Shown: positions 1 through 14,379 of the stretch, one piece after another
Numbering within the stretch: the first letter of the stretch is position 1
Layout of the letters: every line of letters begins with the position of its first letter
Origin: Utricularia gibba
Taxonomy: Eukaryota > Plantae > Magnoliophyta
Length of the DNA: 64,000 bases
Reading direction: 5' to 3'
Assembly: GCA_002189035.1 (NCBI GenBank)
Contig: NEEC01000027.1
Coordinates: forward strand, 558,001-622,000
Position numbers and translations under genes: made by a program
The notes under the pieces: generated by a model
What the model was told of the DNA's origin: nothing
Seen by the model: only the letters and a program-made list of their open reading frames with translations
Database searches by the model: none

Positions 1-479
1 ACTACGGTGAAGTGATGCTCTTCGATGATATCTTGACATTTTCCTGTTGGGCCTTTCCCTTTTACTACAGCTTTATTTTCTTTGGATCTGTTCGCTTCTT
101 TCTTTTGTTTAAAGTCAGTGTTTTGAATGTTGCCTTCCTCTAACGTTGTGAATCGTCCTGCTCTGTCGCCTTGTCCGTAATCTTGCTCAATGTAGGTTTA
201 GACTGCTGTCATGTAGGCATTTTTGCTTCCGGCAAGTTTGGAGCTATTCCCCTCTTGCAATTGTTGTGAATTTTCTAACTGAGAAAATTCCTGATGAGAA
301 GATGACATAAACCCAAATAATGATCATATTGAATTATGTTACACTATCATCCGTTTCTTCAATCCAACCAGTGGATGTGACAGACAAGATTGGTATTTGT
401 TGTCTTCCAGAATAGAAAAGATAAAGACTTGGAACCGTAATCTCCTTTGCACAGGAAGCTGGTTGTGAAAAAAGACTTC

Positions 480-2400
480 ATGGGAATTGGGGAAGCGAGC
501 ACACCTACAAAATCACCTAAGCCTGCATCATCAGCACCTGTACCGTGTACTTTTTGTTTATGTTTCGCCTCAGCACAGGTATAAACCTTTAATTCTTGTC
601 GTTACAGGAAGTATCTGTGACACCTGCTATGCCTGCATATCCTGATTGGGCGAGCTCTGTTCAGGTTTTTATCTTCTATTTAGTTCTTTTTGTTCTCCAA
701 TTTCTTTCATTGGTTGTCTTTCCACTGAAAAAAAAGTGAGAAAGATGCAGTTTTTCTCATCATTGTAGGCTCTATATGGCGCCGGAGCCACCCCTTCTTA
801 CTTTGCCTCAGGCGTTGCTTCCCCAGCGCCGCATCCCTATTTGTGGGGCGGCCAGGTTAATACAGAATAGGACATGAACACTAGATTCATTGTTTTTTAT
901 TAGGATTCTCTGGTACCAACATATACCGTAGCTGTGTGTTTTCATTGATTTCAGCATCCAATAATGGCACCTTATGGTACCCCAGTGCCTTATCCAGCTC
1001 TGTATCCTCATGGAGGACTGTACCCTCGTCCCAATATGGCCCTGGTAACTGAAGCAAGAGTGCTGGATCTTTTCTTGAATTGCAATAACTGACATGGGAG
1101 TCTTCTGGAGCCGGTTTATTTCACTTTTTTTGACTCGTTTTATAGACTCCTGGTGCAGTACACGGCACATCAGAGCAAGAAACCATGGCAGCTGAAGGGA
1201 AAGAACGGGCTACCAGAAAACCACCGGAGGGTTCAGTAAGCCATTCTGTTAAAACTGGGGATGCCGGCAACACTGCTTCCGGCTCTCTGAATGATATTGA
1301 TGCTCAAAGGTGCTTCAGAAAATCTAGTTTCTTAATGTATCTCTTTTGCCAGAGCGCCTTCCTTGATCTTTGTCATGGTTAACATGCTATTTGTCTAATA
1401 ATTTGTTTCTATGAAAAGTGCTGAAAGTGGGAGTGGAGGTTCATCAGATGGAAGTGAAAATCATGCAAACCAGATGGTTTCTCAGCTTAAGCTCCCCTTC
1501 TTTTCTTTTGAATGCGATGAATGTACTAAAGACACCTGATCATCATTACAGGAATATTCAGCTCCCAAGGAAAAAAGCTTCAACCAAATGCTTGCTGACG
1601 GTGTGTGGCTTCAGTGTGTACAAATTTTTTTCATCTTGTCTGAGCTGACTAGTTTTGCAGGGGCAAGTGCAGGGAATAATGGCCCGCCTAGTGATTACCA
1701 GGCACGAGTGCTCGGCAGTGCAGCAGCAGTTCCTGCGAAGAATCCTAATACTGGAACGGGTTTTCCAAATTCCGGTCCTGGTCCGGGGGTTATGGAACTG
1801 CCTTCTGGAGTTTCTCCTTCTGTTGCAAAAGAACAATGGATTCAAGTACTTCCTGTGTCCCTGGGGAATGAAAGAATTACCATTGAATCTTGTTTCTTGT
1901 TATACTTTCTGGAGAATGATGCAGGATGCTCATGGTTGCAGCATGAGCGTGAGCTGAAAAGGCAAAAGAGAAAGCAATCTAATCGTGAGTCTGCAAGGAG
2001 GTCAAGACTGCGCAAGCAAGTATGTGCACTCTGGCTAGCTTTCACGGCTCATTGGTTTGCATCAGTTTCATCTATGTATCAAGCCTGTGTTTCCCATTGT
2101 AGGCCGAGTGTGAAGAGCTACAGCAGAGGGTGGAAGCATTAACCAGCGAGAATCGTGCCCTGCGAGACGAGCTGCAAAGGCTTTCTGTAGAGTGTGAGGA
2201 ACTGGAGAGGGAGAATACCTCCATAAAGGTCAGGTCCTTCTCCTCTAGAAAAAAACTGTGAGTTTCCAGCTCATGGTAATGAAATCAACTGGTTCCTGTA
2301 CATGAAGCAGGATGAGCTAACCAGGTTGTGCGACCCTGAGATGTTGTCTAATTTGGAGAACAGCAGCTCTCCTTCACGGGAAAATGAAGGTAACAGTTAG
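480..2400 (+). CDS. GBF1: G-box-binding factor 1-like bZIP transcription factor (group G), multi-exon
   Basis: ATG at 480 ([15 protein letters not shown]). Pro-rich N-terminal exons ([31 protein letters not shown]). bZIP basic region [25 protein letters not shown] followed by a leucine-zipper exon at 2104-2229. Stop TAG 2398-2400. GT-AG introns join in frame. Confidence 0.93.
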
Positions 2401-2834
2401 GAGGGGCAGATTCTAATTTCGATGCTGGTGCTGGTGTGGTGTGAAGAAGCTCTACTGACCATTTGAAATCCCATTCCATGTGGTCTGGTTACTTTGTTAT
2501 ATTAGGAAACAATACAATACAATAACGAGTGTAGGCTCTGCGTTGGAATGGTGAAAAATGAAAATTGCACGGCGCATCCAGTGCCCGGCTTATTATTATT
2601 TCATCTATTTTGCAACAGTACATGCAACTAGCGAGAGATCCACACAGAAATGAGAGACATATATAGAGATAGAGACAACTTGAGTATGATGGACATCACA
2701 AAAAGCCAAAGGAGAATTTCACAACCCAGATATTATTACCAGAGATGTTTTGTTCAAATGAGTTCTTGAACCGCTCCCAAATGGGAGACCAGGCCAGGCG
2801 GGGATCACTAAGGGGATGGCGCTGTATAGGCGAA

Positions 2835-5730
2835 TCAAATCATTCGCTTTGCATCACGAGCTGATGCCAAGTGACTCTGCACCACAATACAAATCAAATT
2901 GAAATGCTTTTAACATCCAAAGAAAGGGCATCATACGCTGATGACCATACAAAACAAATAATGCCTATATGCAGAAGATCAAGTCAGCATGATTCAAAAG
3001 GTAGACGACTGACTAAAGAAAACAAACCAGGTACGCACCGAGATGAAATCAAATGCTTTTGTCTCATCTCTTTTTGAGCCATTCGACAGTGAAGTGGGAG
3101 GCTGGATGGCGGTACCAGGATTAAAAATATCAGGGAGAGGTGAAGAATTAGTTCCAACACCACTGCTAGCAGCATCGGGTTGCAAAGTGCCGGCCTGATG
3201 GAAGTTGGCCATAGCAACAAGGAACTGCTGCTGAGCATACAGAGTACCCAACGCACTATAATTCATGTGCTGTGAACCAAGCGTCAGATTCATACCCATG
3301 CCAGAATGAAAGTTACCGGGCATGCTACCTATTGGATACATGGAATTTGCATTCATCCCAGCCGCTTGAGAAGCAACCTCAGAATTGAAGACATTACTAC
3401 TGGACACCCGGTTCTCCGCATATACATTAATCACTGAATCAACATGAGACTTGTCACGATTCTTAGTATTTTTCTCAGAAGGATCATTCCCATTTATACT
3501 TAAACCATCAATTAAAAATGCCGCTTCTGCCATATTATTGGTTTTGTCGTTGAAGACCTGACTGCCAACGCTAGAAATGCCAAACGGTTCATAGGTTGCT
3601 TGGCTGGAAGATGTAAATGCTTCACTTGATCCCAAGTTATCACCAACTATTCCACCAGGCAGGCCTTTATCCTGACTGTTAAGGAAGGATACATCAGAAA
3701 AGGGGTCATCTTCAATTTTATTTCCCGATGTACTCTCAAAATGGTCACCGAGCAAATCATCAATGAGTGGAGCAGGAAAAGATGCTTCATTTTTCATTGA
3801 CTCAACCTCTGTTTCTTTTAAGCATTCCAGACCAATTTCGTCTGTGTCACCTGTGTCTATGAGATCGGGCACAATTGTTGGTTGAGAATTTGCCTTCACT
3901 ACCTGATTGACACCACCAACTTGTCCACCATTCAAAATGTTTAGAACCTGAAAACCGAAATAACACATCATCCAGTATCAATATTTCCATGTTTACAGAT
4001 ATGAAATTGAGCCCCCACCTTAACAGCTTTCTCCCTCAATGACGCTTGAGGAGACTCCAAACACTGCGATACTGGGTCTTTGTTCTCACCAAAATATGAT
4101 GCTATTGTGGAAAGATTTCTATCCTCTTTCTTCCTCAATATTGCTTCAAGGACACAAAGTGCCCGCATGCGGATCTAGAAAAAAAAAAAAAAGATTTAAG
4201 TCAAAGGTATCTGCCCACCCACACCCACCGCAACAGAATTTTACCGGATTCACCCTGAGAACAATATACAGCTCATACAGGAATGAGACAAATTTTAAAC
4301 CCGTTAAGCTTATCAAAAAGTGGCTAGTGAATGAATGTACAACAAACCTGCCATTGCGGAGACTGAAGTTTTGACTGAATGGCATAGCTCAATTGCAAGG
4401 AGTTTAATTTTGATGCCTCCACTATGAATGCATTGAGTGCATCGCGAGTGGGCTGTAATCTAACACCTGCAGATGTCACAATCGTTTCTAGTGTTTTTTC
4501 TTCGCGACTTTTGTGCTCAGACACCAATGAAGAGTTTTCCCCAAACACTTCTGACTGATATGTACTGATGTTAGGACCCGACAAAGAAGAACCTGCCTTT
4601 TCAGAGTACCGAGAAGCATCAAGACGACGCTCAGAGTTAAATCCTTCATGATGATCAGAATAATCACTTTCCTTGGTCAATGACCGTTGAAGATATGGGC
4701 TTTTGTAACTTCCACCATCACCATCGTTCCGTAGTGTAGAGGAATGAGCTAAACTACTCAAACCTTGTTTAATTGTGGCACTTCCAAAATCAACAACTTC
4801 ACTGATAAAGGACCTTTTATCTTCCAATGGCACCTCGTAATTGCTATTTCCAAATCCCTGAATCCTACTACGTAGACTACTTTCGGTAGGTGCAACTGCA
4901 CTATCATCCGAAGAGAACAAAACAGATAATGCTTCCTTAGCAGTTTCGCGCACAGCCTTGTTCAATGCTTCACCTTTCAGAGGATCGGGTTGGCCTTTGT
5001 AGTGAATTAACTGACGTATAGACGCAGAATTCCGTTGCATCTCTCTTTTAAATTCAGCACTCGACTTTCCCAAAGTATATTTAACGACCCTTAATGCCTA
5101 AAACACATAAAAAAAGCTGAAATAGATTACATTACAGTAACAAAAATCAAATGGCATTTCCCACTTGGCAGCAGAAACATACGATGATCTTTGGGTCATG
5201 ATTATATCGAAAAAAATAATAAAAAGAAAGGATCCTCATTAAAATGAAATTGGGCATACATCAATCTGACAACATTGGAGAAAATGATTACTAGTCGATC
5301 ATATTACCATCTTGAGAACATGGAAGTCATCCTTAAAATCCACTAAATGCACCGATATTCAAGGATGAACATCTAGTAACGGTTGGGTTATCTTGGATCG
5401 CATGCGGTGTGAAGAAAAAAAACTAGTGCACAACAACAAGAAATGCACAATCAAGAAAAACTGAAAGCAAAACATGCTGTAGAACAAGTGAAAACGAAGA
5501 TATATAAATCAGAAACAAAGTACCTTTTGCTTAACGATGGGAGATTTATGCTCCAGTCGTTTGATAATGAATTCGGAGACTTCTTTAACGATAGATACGT
5601 GCGAAGACCGCAGCAAATCACAAATCTCATCCAACTTGTAGACTGGGGTGACCTTATCCTCGTCCGAGGTCGCCGCATCGATCATTTTCGACCTCCAGTA
5701 CGACTCGACGGCCCTCCTACTCTGCTCCAT
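2835..5730 (-). CDS. MTV1: ENTH/VHS-domain protein MODIFIED TRANSPORT TO THE VACUOLE 1 (tepsin-like AP-4 accessory protein)
   Basis: ATG at 5730: MEQSRRAVESYWRSKMIDAATSDEDKVTPVYKLDEIC...HKSPIVKQK. Later exons in ORFs 4324-5073, 3968-4168 and 2994-3971 (ending AFDFIS). Last micro-exon SHLASARDAKRMI* with stop at 2835-2837. Confidence 0.9.
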
Positions 5731-5944
5731 TCCTCTCCTCCTAATCTCCTCCCAAATCCAAACACACACAGAGAAAACGAGGAATCAAATAGCTGGAATC
5801 TGAATCGATACCGGTGTCAGCCGATCGGCTCGATCTGGAGTCAAATGCACAAGCGGAAATGCCAGCGATTGAATCGGTAGACGCCTTTGGTTTGTAATGG
5901 GGGAATTATATCAAAATTATTAAATGAGAAAAATACAAATAAAA

Positions 5945-6006
5945 TGGGCCGCGAGATCTGGGTTGATCGGGTCGGCTCAAATATACCGGGCTGAATGTGT
6001 TGGGCC
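5945..6006. promoter_or_regulatory. Site II (TGGGCY) motifs in the 445-bp MTV1/AMMECR1 head-to-head promoter
   Basis: TGGGCC at 5945-5950 and 6001-6006, between divergent ATGs at 5730(-) and 6176(+). Motif match only. Confidence 0.5.
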
Positions 6007-6175
6007 GCCCCTTTTGGTGGAATCCCAATTATTTCGCTGTGACAAAGCAAGCCAAGCACGCAACGGAAGTTTCGCCAAATCCTCCCTCCCTCCTCGCATC
6101 GATCTGCCTGGAGATCCAACGATCTGATCGGTCGTAGGTTTTTTTTCTTCTCAGGAGGAGTCCGATCCGATCAGG

Positions 6176-7397
6176 ATGGTGTCAGCGAACAGGGAGATGG
6201 TTGTTTACTGCTTCGATATTCTGGTGGCGCACTACAACAGCGAACAGGCGCCTCCTCCTGCTTTCGGCGAGGGTCAACAGTATGGAAACCCCTCTCTCTT
6301 CGTTCCTCTTAATGTTGTATAGGCGGTAAACACATATTTGTCTTCTGAGATCATGCGGGTGATGTGGAGCGGAAATGTACTTTACTTCAAGTTTATGTAG
6401 TCTCCTCCTCCTCTACTCTACACTGTTCCTTTTTAATCTTGGAAACTTTTTTTTTTCCTTTGCCCCCTCTTTCGTTGTTTTGTTTCAGTCCATTATTTGT
6501 GACCTGGAAGAAGGCGATCAACGGTAGCGAACCTCGATTGCGTGGCTGCATAGGTACTCTTGAAGCTCGCTGCATAATAACTGGTTTTAGGGACTACGCC
6601 TTGACAAGGTAACTGATTACTAATCAGCTACTCTGGAGAGACCGTTGTATACTCCACTGTTGGTAAAAATCATGCTTTAATTACTACGGAATGGGATACA
6701 CTAAAACATACGCCAACTTGTGATGGTTGAAATTTTTTATTATCTGTGGCTGTAGAAGCTGCTGCACCACCTCATTTAGATGAATTTGACATTTTGCAGT
6801 GCACTGAGGGACCGTCGGTTCCCCCCATACAAGCCAAAGAATTGCCTTACTTGGAGTGCACCGTTTCTATCCTCACGAATTATGAAAATGCTCATGACTA
6901 CCTCGACTGGGAGGTCGGTGCTCCTTGGCAAACGTGTTCATTCCCATGCTGGCTTGTCAAGTTGGTGGACATCACAATGATCTTTTCATGACCGCGTAAT
7001 GCTATTGCAGGTTGGAAAACATGGCATCATTATCGAGTTCTTGGATCCTGACAACAGCAGGAGACTAAACGCAACTTACTTGCCTGAGGTTGCTGCCCAC
7101 GAAGGTGAGTCTGGTGTTGGAATCAGTTCTTTAGAGAAGTTCGGACTATTTCCTTGTTTTGAAACGTTCGCTGAAAAATGAACCATGGCAGGATGGACCA
7201 AGACTGAAGCTATAGACTCACTGATAAGGAAGGCAGGTTTTAATGGCACCATCACCGAACAGCTACGAAGACGCATTCAACTGACTCGTTACCAGAGCAC
7301 ATTGTTCACCATGCACTACAGTGACTACGTTGCCTACGTGAAGACAACAAGGGGTTCTGCTCCGACTATTAATGGGGTAAAACCAGGGCACTACTGA
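6176..7397 (+). CDS. AMMECR1: AMMECR1-family protein (apparent -1 frameshift in C-run 6821-6826)
   Basis: MVSANREMVVYCFDILVAHY...; PLFVTWKK..PRLRGCIGTLEAR; SALRDRRFP[P]IQAKELPYLECTVSILTNYE; ATYLPEVA; stop at 7397. Frame is restored if the C6 run is C7. Confidence 0.92.
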
Positions 7398-8228
7398 CTG
7401 ACCACATTGTTTCTTCGACCTTCCCTACACATAATTTGCTGGAAGGTTGGCTTCATTATGAACAAGAATCCCTGATGTTGCATTACTGTAATTCTCTATC
7501 ACAGACTCTACGCTGCTGTTTTATTGGAACTTTGGAAAACCTCCTGTGCTACTAACTTCCCCCCGCCAGAGCAGACATCAACACCATGAAGGAAGAAAAG
7601 AAAGTGATAGTGTTGGATGCTACTTGCATCTTATTGACCTTAAATACCAGCACAAATCTTACCATGAAAGGATCAACCGGAAACCAAGACCACATTCCAT
7701 CGAATGCGGCTAACACAAACCGCATAGGGTACCAAGGGAAGAATCTATTTGATTCTGACTTAAGAAAATAGAAATGGGAAGTTTTTAATTTCTTAAATTA
7801 AAAATGTTTTAAATTTTTATTATTTTATTGAAAATTGAAATGTAAGTCTTAAGCTATTTACGGAGATTTCCAGCAGCACCATATTGGTAGGGGCAACATG
7901 GGAAGTTCGTATTTTTGAAGTGAATGTCTGTCTCCTCCAATCACTGGTCGATGGCGGGCTTGTTGCAGGGTGCATTTACTATTGGGATATGGACGAGTGA
8001 AGAAGAGTGGCAGGAGGTAGCTGGGAGCTCAGGCACGAAAACCCATGCTTCATTCAATGCTCTGCACCACATGTCTGCACCCTGCTCCATTGACACGGCC
8101 GTTTCCTCTCTTCCCCAGTGTGCATGCAGTGTCTACCGTCCCATGGTGATAAGGATGTCTGTCATATGCCGAGGTAGTGCATGCGCTTGAGGTAGAAGCT
8201 TAGAGGTTTCTCTCGACTTGGGAGAAAG

Positions 8229-11200
8229 ATGGTGGACGAGGAGCTGGCTACCAAGTCTCTGAGCCACCGTTATTCAAACAGCAGTCTCTCGTCAGTCATC
8301 TCTAGGAACAGGAACTCGGTATCCTTGAGTTTCAGAGAGGCATTTACTACAAGTGGAAGGGATGTTTTTCATAGGAGCGGCGACGACGGGCACGATGATG
8401 AAGAGGAGCTGATGTGGGCGGCCATCGAAAGGCTTCCCACGTTTGAGCGTGCCAGAAAAGGGATTCTGAAGCAAGTGACGGATGATGGCCGAGTTGTGCA
8501 TGAAGAGGTAAATTTTTCCAGGCTTGGAATTCAGGAGAGGAGGAGCCTCCTGGAAAGTATGGTCAAGGCGGTTGAACAAGACAATGAAAGGTTTCTGAGG
8601 ATGCTAAGAAACAGAACGGATAGGTGGGCTTTCTTCCAACAATTTTTTGTCGGCTAATCACGGTAAACTGAATGCAAACAAGCCAGCAACTTTGTGGCCT
8701 TTTTTTGTTGATCAGGGTTGGAATTGAAATGCCAAAAGTTGAAGTTCGTTACGAGCATTTGTCGATCTTAGGAGATGCGTATGTGGGATCAAGGGGACTT
8801 CCTACTCTGCTAAACTCCATCTTGAACGTGATAGAGGTAACGTGATCGGGATTCTCATCAAATATTGCTGAATCTTAATGCTTCTTTTTTGTGACGGCTT
8901 TCAGGGAGTTCTAGAAAAACTTAAGATTATGCCCTCAAAGAAAAAGCTTATAAGGATTCTTCAGGATGTTAGTGGAGTTATAAAGCCCTCCAGGTTAGTT
9001 CGTTCAATGCGTATATTGATGAAGAGAATGATTACCATGCCTCTCAAGCCAATTCGTGCCTCTTGAAGGCTGACATTGCTTCTTGGACCTCCTGGCGCTG
9101 GGAAAACCGTATTCCTCAAGGCACTGGCAGGGAAGCTGGATAAAGATCTTAGGGTTCATCTTTCACTTCATCCCATGTTATAGGATAAATAAATAAACTA
9201 TCTTCCCTTATGCCTGTGATCGCTATGGTGTTTTAGGTAAGTGGGAGAATCACATATTGCGGGCATGAATTCTCAGAGTTTGTCCCTCAAAGGACCTGCT
9301 CATATATTAGCCAGCATGATCTTCATCATGGGGAGTTGACTGTGCGGGAAACGCTCAACTTTTCAGGCCGCTGCTTAGGAGTTGGCAGCCGATATGATAT
9401 CCTTATGGAATTGTCAAGGAGAGAGAAGGAGGCAGGTATCAAACCTGATCCAGAAATTGATGCGTTCATGAAAGCCACAGCTATAACTGGCGAAGAATCC
9501 AGTATAGTGACGGACTACATTCTTAAGGTACAGTATGATCTCTCTTTTTTTTTCTCCTTTCTAGATTGTGAGGATGAATGACAGCTCTGAATCCACTGCA
9601 GCTTCTTGGATTGGACATATGTGGTGATATTCTAGTGGGAGATGAGATGAGAAGGGGAATCTCTGGTGGACAGAAAAAACGGCTCACAACTGGTACTCAA
9701 CATCTTGTCCTATGGTTGGTCGTATGCCAAGCACATCTAATCGGTTTTTTTTTTTTCGGTGGAAAAGGTGAAATGTTGGTTGGACCAGCGAAGGTTTTCT
9801 GCATGGATGAGATTTCATCAGGTCTCGATACTTGCACTACATTTCAAATTATCAAGTACTTGAGGGAGATGGTTCATATCATGGATATCACAATGATCAT
9901 ATCCCTTCTACAACCTACACCTGAAACGTTTGAGCTTTTTGATGATATTGTTCTGCTCTCAGAAGGTCACATAGTCTATCAAGGTGCTCGTGAGAACATT
10001 CTCCAATTCTTCGAGAGTGTTGGTTTCAAGTGTCCTGAGAGAAAGGGAGTAGCTGACTTCTTACAGGAAGTAACTTCAGTGAAAGACCAAGAACAGTACT
10101 GGTGCAGGAAAGACAAACCTTATGGATTTGTTTCGTCTATTGAATTCAGTGATCACTTCAGTTCTTTTCATGTTGGACAAAAGCTATTTGATGATCTTGC
10201 AGTACCATATGAAAAGGAGAAAGCTCATTCTGCTGCTTTGGTTACTGAAAATTATGGAATATCCAATATAGAGTTGTTCAAGGCATGCTTATCCAGGGAA
10301 TGGCTTCTGATGAAGCGCAATTCCTACTTGTACATCTTTAAAACCTTTCAGATTACTGTAATGTCCATAATAGCATTTACAGTCTTCTTTAGAACAGAGA
10401 TGGGAGTTGGCCAATTGGTGAATGGCGGAAAATTTTATGGCGCCTTGTTCTTTACCCTCATAAATGTGATGTTTAATGGAACAGCGGAGTTGGCATTGAC
10501 AGTTCTCAGGCTTCCAGTTTTCTTCAAACAAAGAGATGCACTTTTTTACCCGGCTTGGGCTTTTTCATTACCTATATGGCTTGTTAGAGTCCCACTTTCT
10601 TTTCTGGAATCATTAATTTGGATAATTCTTACATATTACACCATTGGATTTGCTCCCGAATCTAGTAGGTATGTAATTATCATTTATGAGAATTCTACAG
10701 GTCCAGCCTTGCTTTTTTTTTTTTTGTGTCTGTACTGCTGTGTGGACCTTGCATTTTTACATGCTGATGACCTTCATTCTGGTTGTAGGTTCTTCCGCCA
10801 GTTTTTGGCATTATTTGCTCTCCATCAAATGGCCTTGTCACTTTTTAGATTTATTGCAGCACTTGGCAGAACACAGGTTGTAGCCTATGCTCTGGGCACT
10901 TTCACCTTGCTAATAGTCTTTGTTTTGGGCGGTTTTATTATAGCAAAAGGTAACTTCTCCTAGTGTACTTGTAACTAGTAAGGCATCATTCAACACATGG
11001 TAGAAATTTTACTGAAAGGTTTCTGTGCATGGCTTCAGACGACATTGAACCTTGGATTATCTGGGGTTACTATATATCTCCCATGACGTATGCCCAAAAT
11101 GCTCTAGCTATCAATGAATTTCTTGATAAAAGATGGAGCACTGTATGCACTCTAACCTTGGAATTTGAGGTCGTTAAACTCTAACTTAACTAAGACATCT

Positions 11201-14200
11201 TTTTTTTACGACTATCACTTTCAGCCAAATACTGATCCACGGTTCCCAGAACCAACTGTTGGAAGAGTTCTTTTGAGGTTGAGGGGCATGTTCTTGGAAG
11301 ACTATATGTATTGGGTTTGTGTCGCTGCCCTCTTTGCATTTTCTTTTGTCTTCAACCTATTCTTCATCATAGCATTGACATACTTAAATCGTAAGTCTTG
11401 TCTTATTTGCCCATAACTAACTAAACAATTTATTCTCTCGTCTTTAATCGTCTGTTGAAATACACAACTGTAGCCTTTGGATATTCAAAGAATGTTGTCT
11501 CCGGCAAGGATGCAATGGGTATCCGTGTACCTTCTGAAAGAGCATCATCTATTGGAGGCTCATGCAATTCTGCCTCCCAGTGTATGTGATCTCTCAAGAT
11601 ATATGCTGTGTTTTGCGTTTAATTATATTAACTGCTCACTCCCAACTCGCTATACGAGCCATTACTGATGGGACTAGAAAACCCAGGTGAAATTTTGCAT
11701 TCCAATACTGATTCAACCAGTGCAAGAGGAGGAATGGTGCTCCCTTTCACTCCATTGTCACTTGTGTTTGACCATGTCAACTACTACGTCAGCATGCCTG
11801 CTGTAAGCAAGCCTGGTGTTGATTATTTGCTTTAATGATGAATATGCATTTATAGTCCGGGTATGTAGGAAATGAGAAAAAGAGGGATAGAAGAAAGTCG
11901 ACTCCAACTGCTGAGAGATGTGAGTGGGGCTTTTAGGCCTGGAGTTTTAACGGCTTTAGTAGGTGTGAGTGGTGCTGGCAAGACAACCTTGATGGATGTC
12001 TTGGCAGGAAGGAAAACAAGTGGATGCATTGAAGGCACTATCACTGTCTCGGGGTATCCAAAGAAGCAGGCAACTTTTGCGCGTATATGTGGCTATTGTG
12101 AACAAACGGATATCCACTCCCCACATCTCACTGTTCATGAGTCCATTGTCTTCTCTGCTTGTCTACGACTTTCTTCTGAAGTGAATAATGAAACAAAAGA
12201 GGTATGGCTACCTTCTACATGATTTTGATGAAGATTTCTTTCTAATGGCCTGGTGTGGCTCAACATGCCATTATGTTTAGTGAATGTTCTTCCCTCTAAT
12301 TGATTAGATGTTCGTGGAGCAAGTGATGGAGTTGGTTGAGCTACTGCAGTTGAGAAACTCAATAGTGGGACTCCCTGGGGTGGATGGTTTGTCAACAGAA
12401 GAGAGAAAGAGACTAACTATCGCTGTAGAACTCATTGCCAATCCCTCTATAATCTTTATGGATGAGCCTACAACTGGTCTTGATGCTAGGGCTGCTGCAA
12501 TTGTGATGCGAACCATTCGAAACACAGTTGACACCGGACGAACTGTTGTCTGCACTATTCACCAACCTGGTATAGATATTTTTGAAGCTTTTGACGAGGT
12601 TAGACTCTACTTTTTCATCTTGTTTGCTTGATCTATGATAAGTACAACTCTGGGTCATACTCATGTTGCAGTTGTTGCTGATGAAAAGAGGAGGACAAGT
12701 GATCTATGCTGGACCCCTAGGCCGTCATTCATGCCACTTGATAGACTATTTCCAGGTGAGAACACCAAAACAGATTTCATCCTTTTGCTCTGAGTCTAAA
12801 TTCATTCTTTTAGCAGTCATTTCCTGGGATTCCTAAGATCGCACAAGGATATAATCCTGCAACATGGATGCTCGACATCTCTACACAGTCCATGGAAACT
12901 CAGCTTGAAGTCGATTTTGCAGAAATTTATGCAAATTCTGATCTCTACAGGTGAAAACACAAAAGACCAAATGAAGCTGCTCTTACAATTTGCCAACTCT
13001 TGCCTTGTTGATCACATCTCTTTCTTTGATCTCATGTCTTCAAAGGAGAAATGCAGAATTGATTAAGCAACTCAGCAGCCCTGGACCAGCATCCCAAGAT
13101 CTCCATTTTCCAACAAAATATGCTCAGTCGTTTCTCTCTCAATATAAGGCTTGTTTTTGGAAGCAACGCTTGTCATACTGGAGACACCCTCAGTATAACA
13201 CTGTACGCTTTGTTATGACGATAATCATCGGTGCAGTTTTTGGAGCCATATTCTGGAACAAAGGGAAGAAAATGTAAGTCAAAAACTATGACATGCATGT
13301 TTAGATTTTGGGGTACTAAGGTTTTTAATTTTGCAGGTCTAAACTACAGGATTTGATGAATCTACTTGGCGCCATATATGCTGCTGTCATGTTTCTAGGA
13401 GGAACAAATACTTCTTCTGTCCAATCGGTTGTGGATGTCGAAAGAAGCGTTTTTTACCGTGAAAAGGGCGCTGGGATGTACGCACCCTTGGCATATGCAT
13501 TTGCCCAGGTGAGAAGTATTGAAATATATACTCAGAGGTGAAGGTTAGAGAACAAACTGAATGCTCAAGTTACTGACGCCCTAATCTCACATGCCACAGG
13601 TCAGCATTGAGACCATATATGTGGGGATCCAAACACTCATTTACAGCTTTCTCCTCTACTCCATGATCGGATTTGAATGGGGGGTTGATAGGTTCTTCTG
13701 GTTCTACTTTTTTGTGTTCATGAGCTTTGTGTACTTCACGGCATACGGAATGATGTTGGTGTCACTCACCCCAAACTACCAAATTGCTGCCATCATCATG
13801 ACCTTCTTCCTCAGCTTCTGGAACCTCTTTTCAGGATTCATCATACCAAGAACAGTAAGCAACCAACTTCTTTCCATCTTGTGGTCCTTTCTGACAAGGG
13901 GAGCCTTAGCCATGTTCCTAAACTCCAATTTTTTGCAGCAAATTCCAGTATGGTGGAGGTGGTACTACTGGGCTTCTCCAGTATCCTGGACAATATACGG
14001 TCTCATCACGTCTCAGGTGGGTGATGAGACGAGCCTAGTTGAAATCCCAGGTGTAGGGGACATTCCTGTCAGGGATTTTCTCAAAAGCTACATGGGATTT
14101 CGACATGACTTCTTGAGCGTTGTTGCTCTAGTCCATGTTATGTGGGCTATGTTCTTCTGTCTCGTTTTCGCGTTCGGTATCAAGTTTCTCAATTTCCAGA

Positions 14201-14208
14201 AGAGGTGA
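8229..14208 (+). CDS. Full-size ABCG / pleiotropic drug resistance (PDR) transporter, ABCG34/39-like clade, about 20 exons
   Basis: N-terminal [22 protein letters not shown]1 [32 protein letters not shown]1. NBD2 [57 protein letters not shown]2 ending KFLNFQKR*. Clade assignment from recall. Confidence 0.96.
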
Positions 14209-14379
14209 AGCTTTCTGAGTGCTTTCACTAGGGGGCTGTAATATGCAGAATTTGTAAGAGGATTGATGAAAACAGCAAGATTTCCTGCACAGCAGTTTAA
14301 TTTTCCAGAATTCAAGGAATTGACATATGGGGGATGTGAGGCTCTCTCTGGTTGAAAGTTCAACAGGTGGTCTTGGTGC

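Noticed and set aside
7900-8200. Possible miRNA precursor upstream of the ABCG gene
   Set aside because: There is no recognisable conserved mature miRNA and no long hairpin visible by eye.
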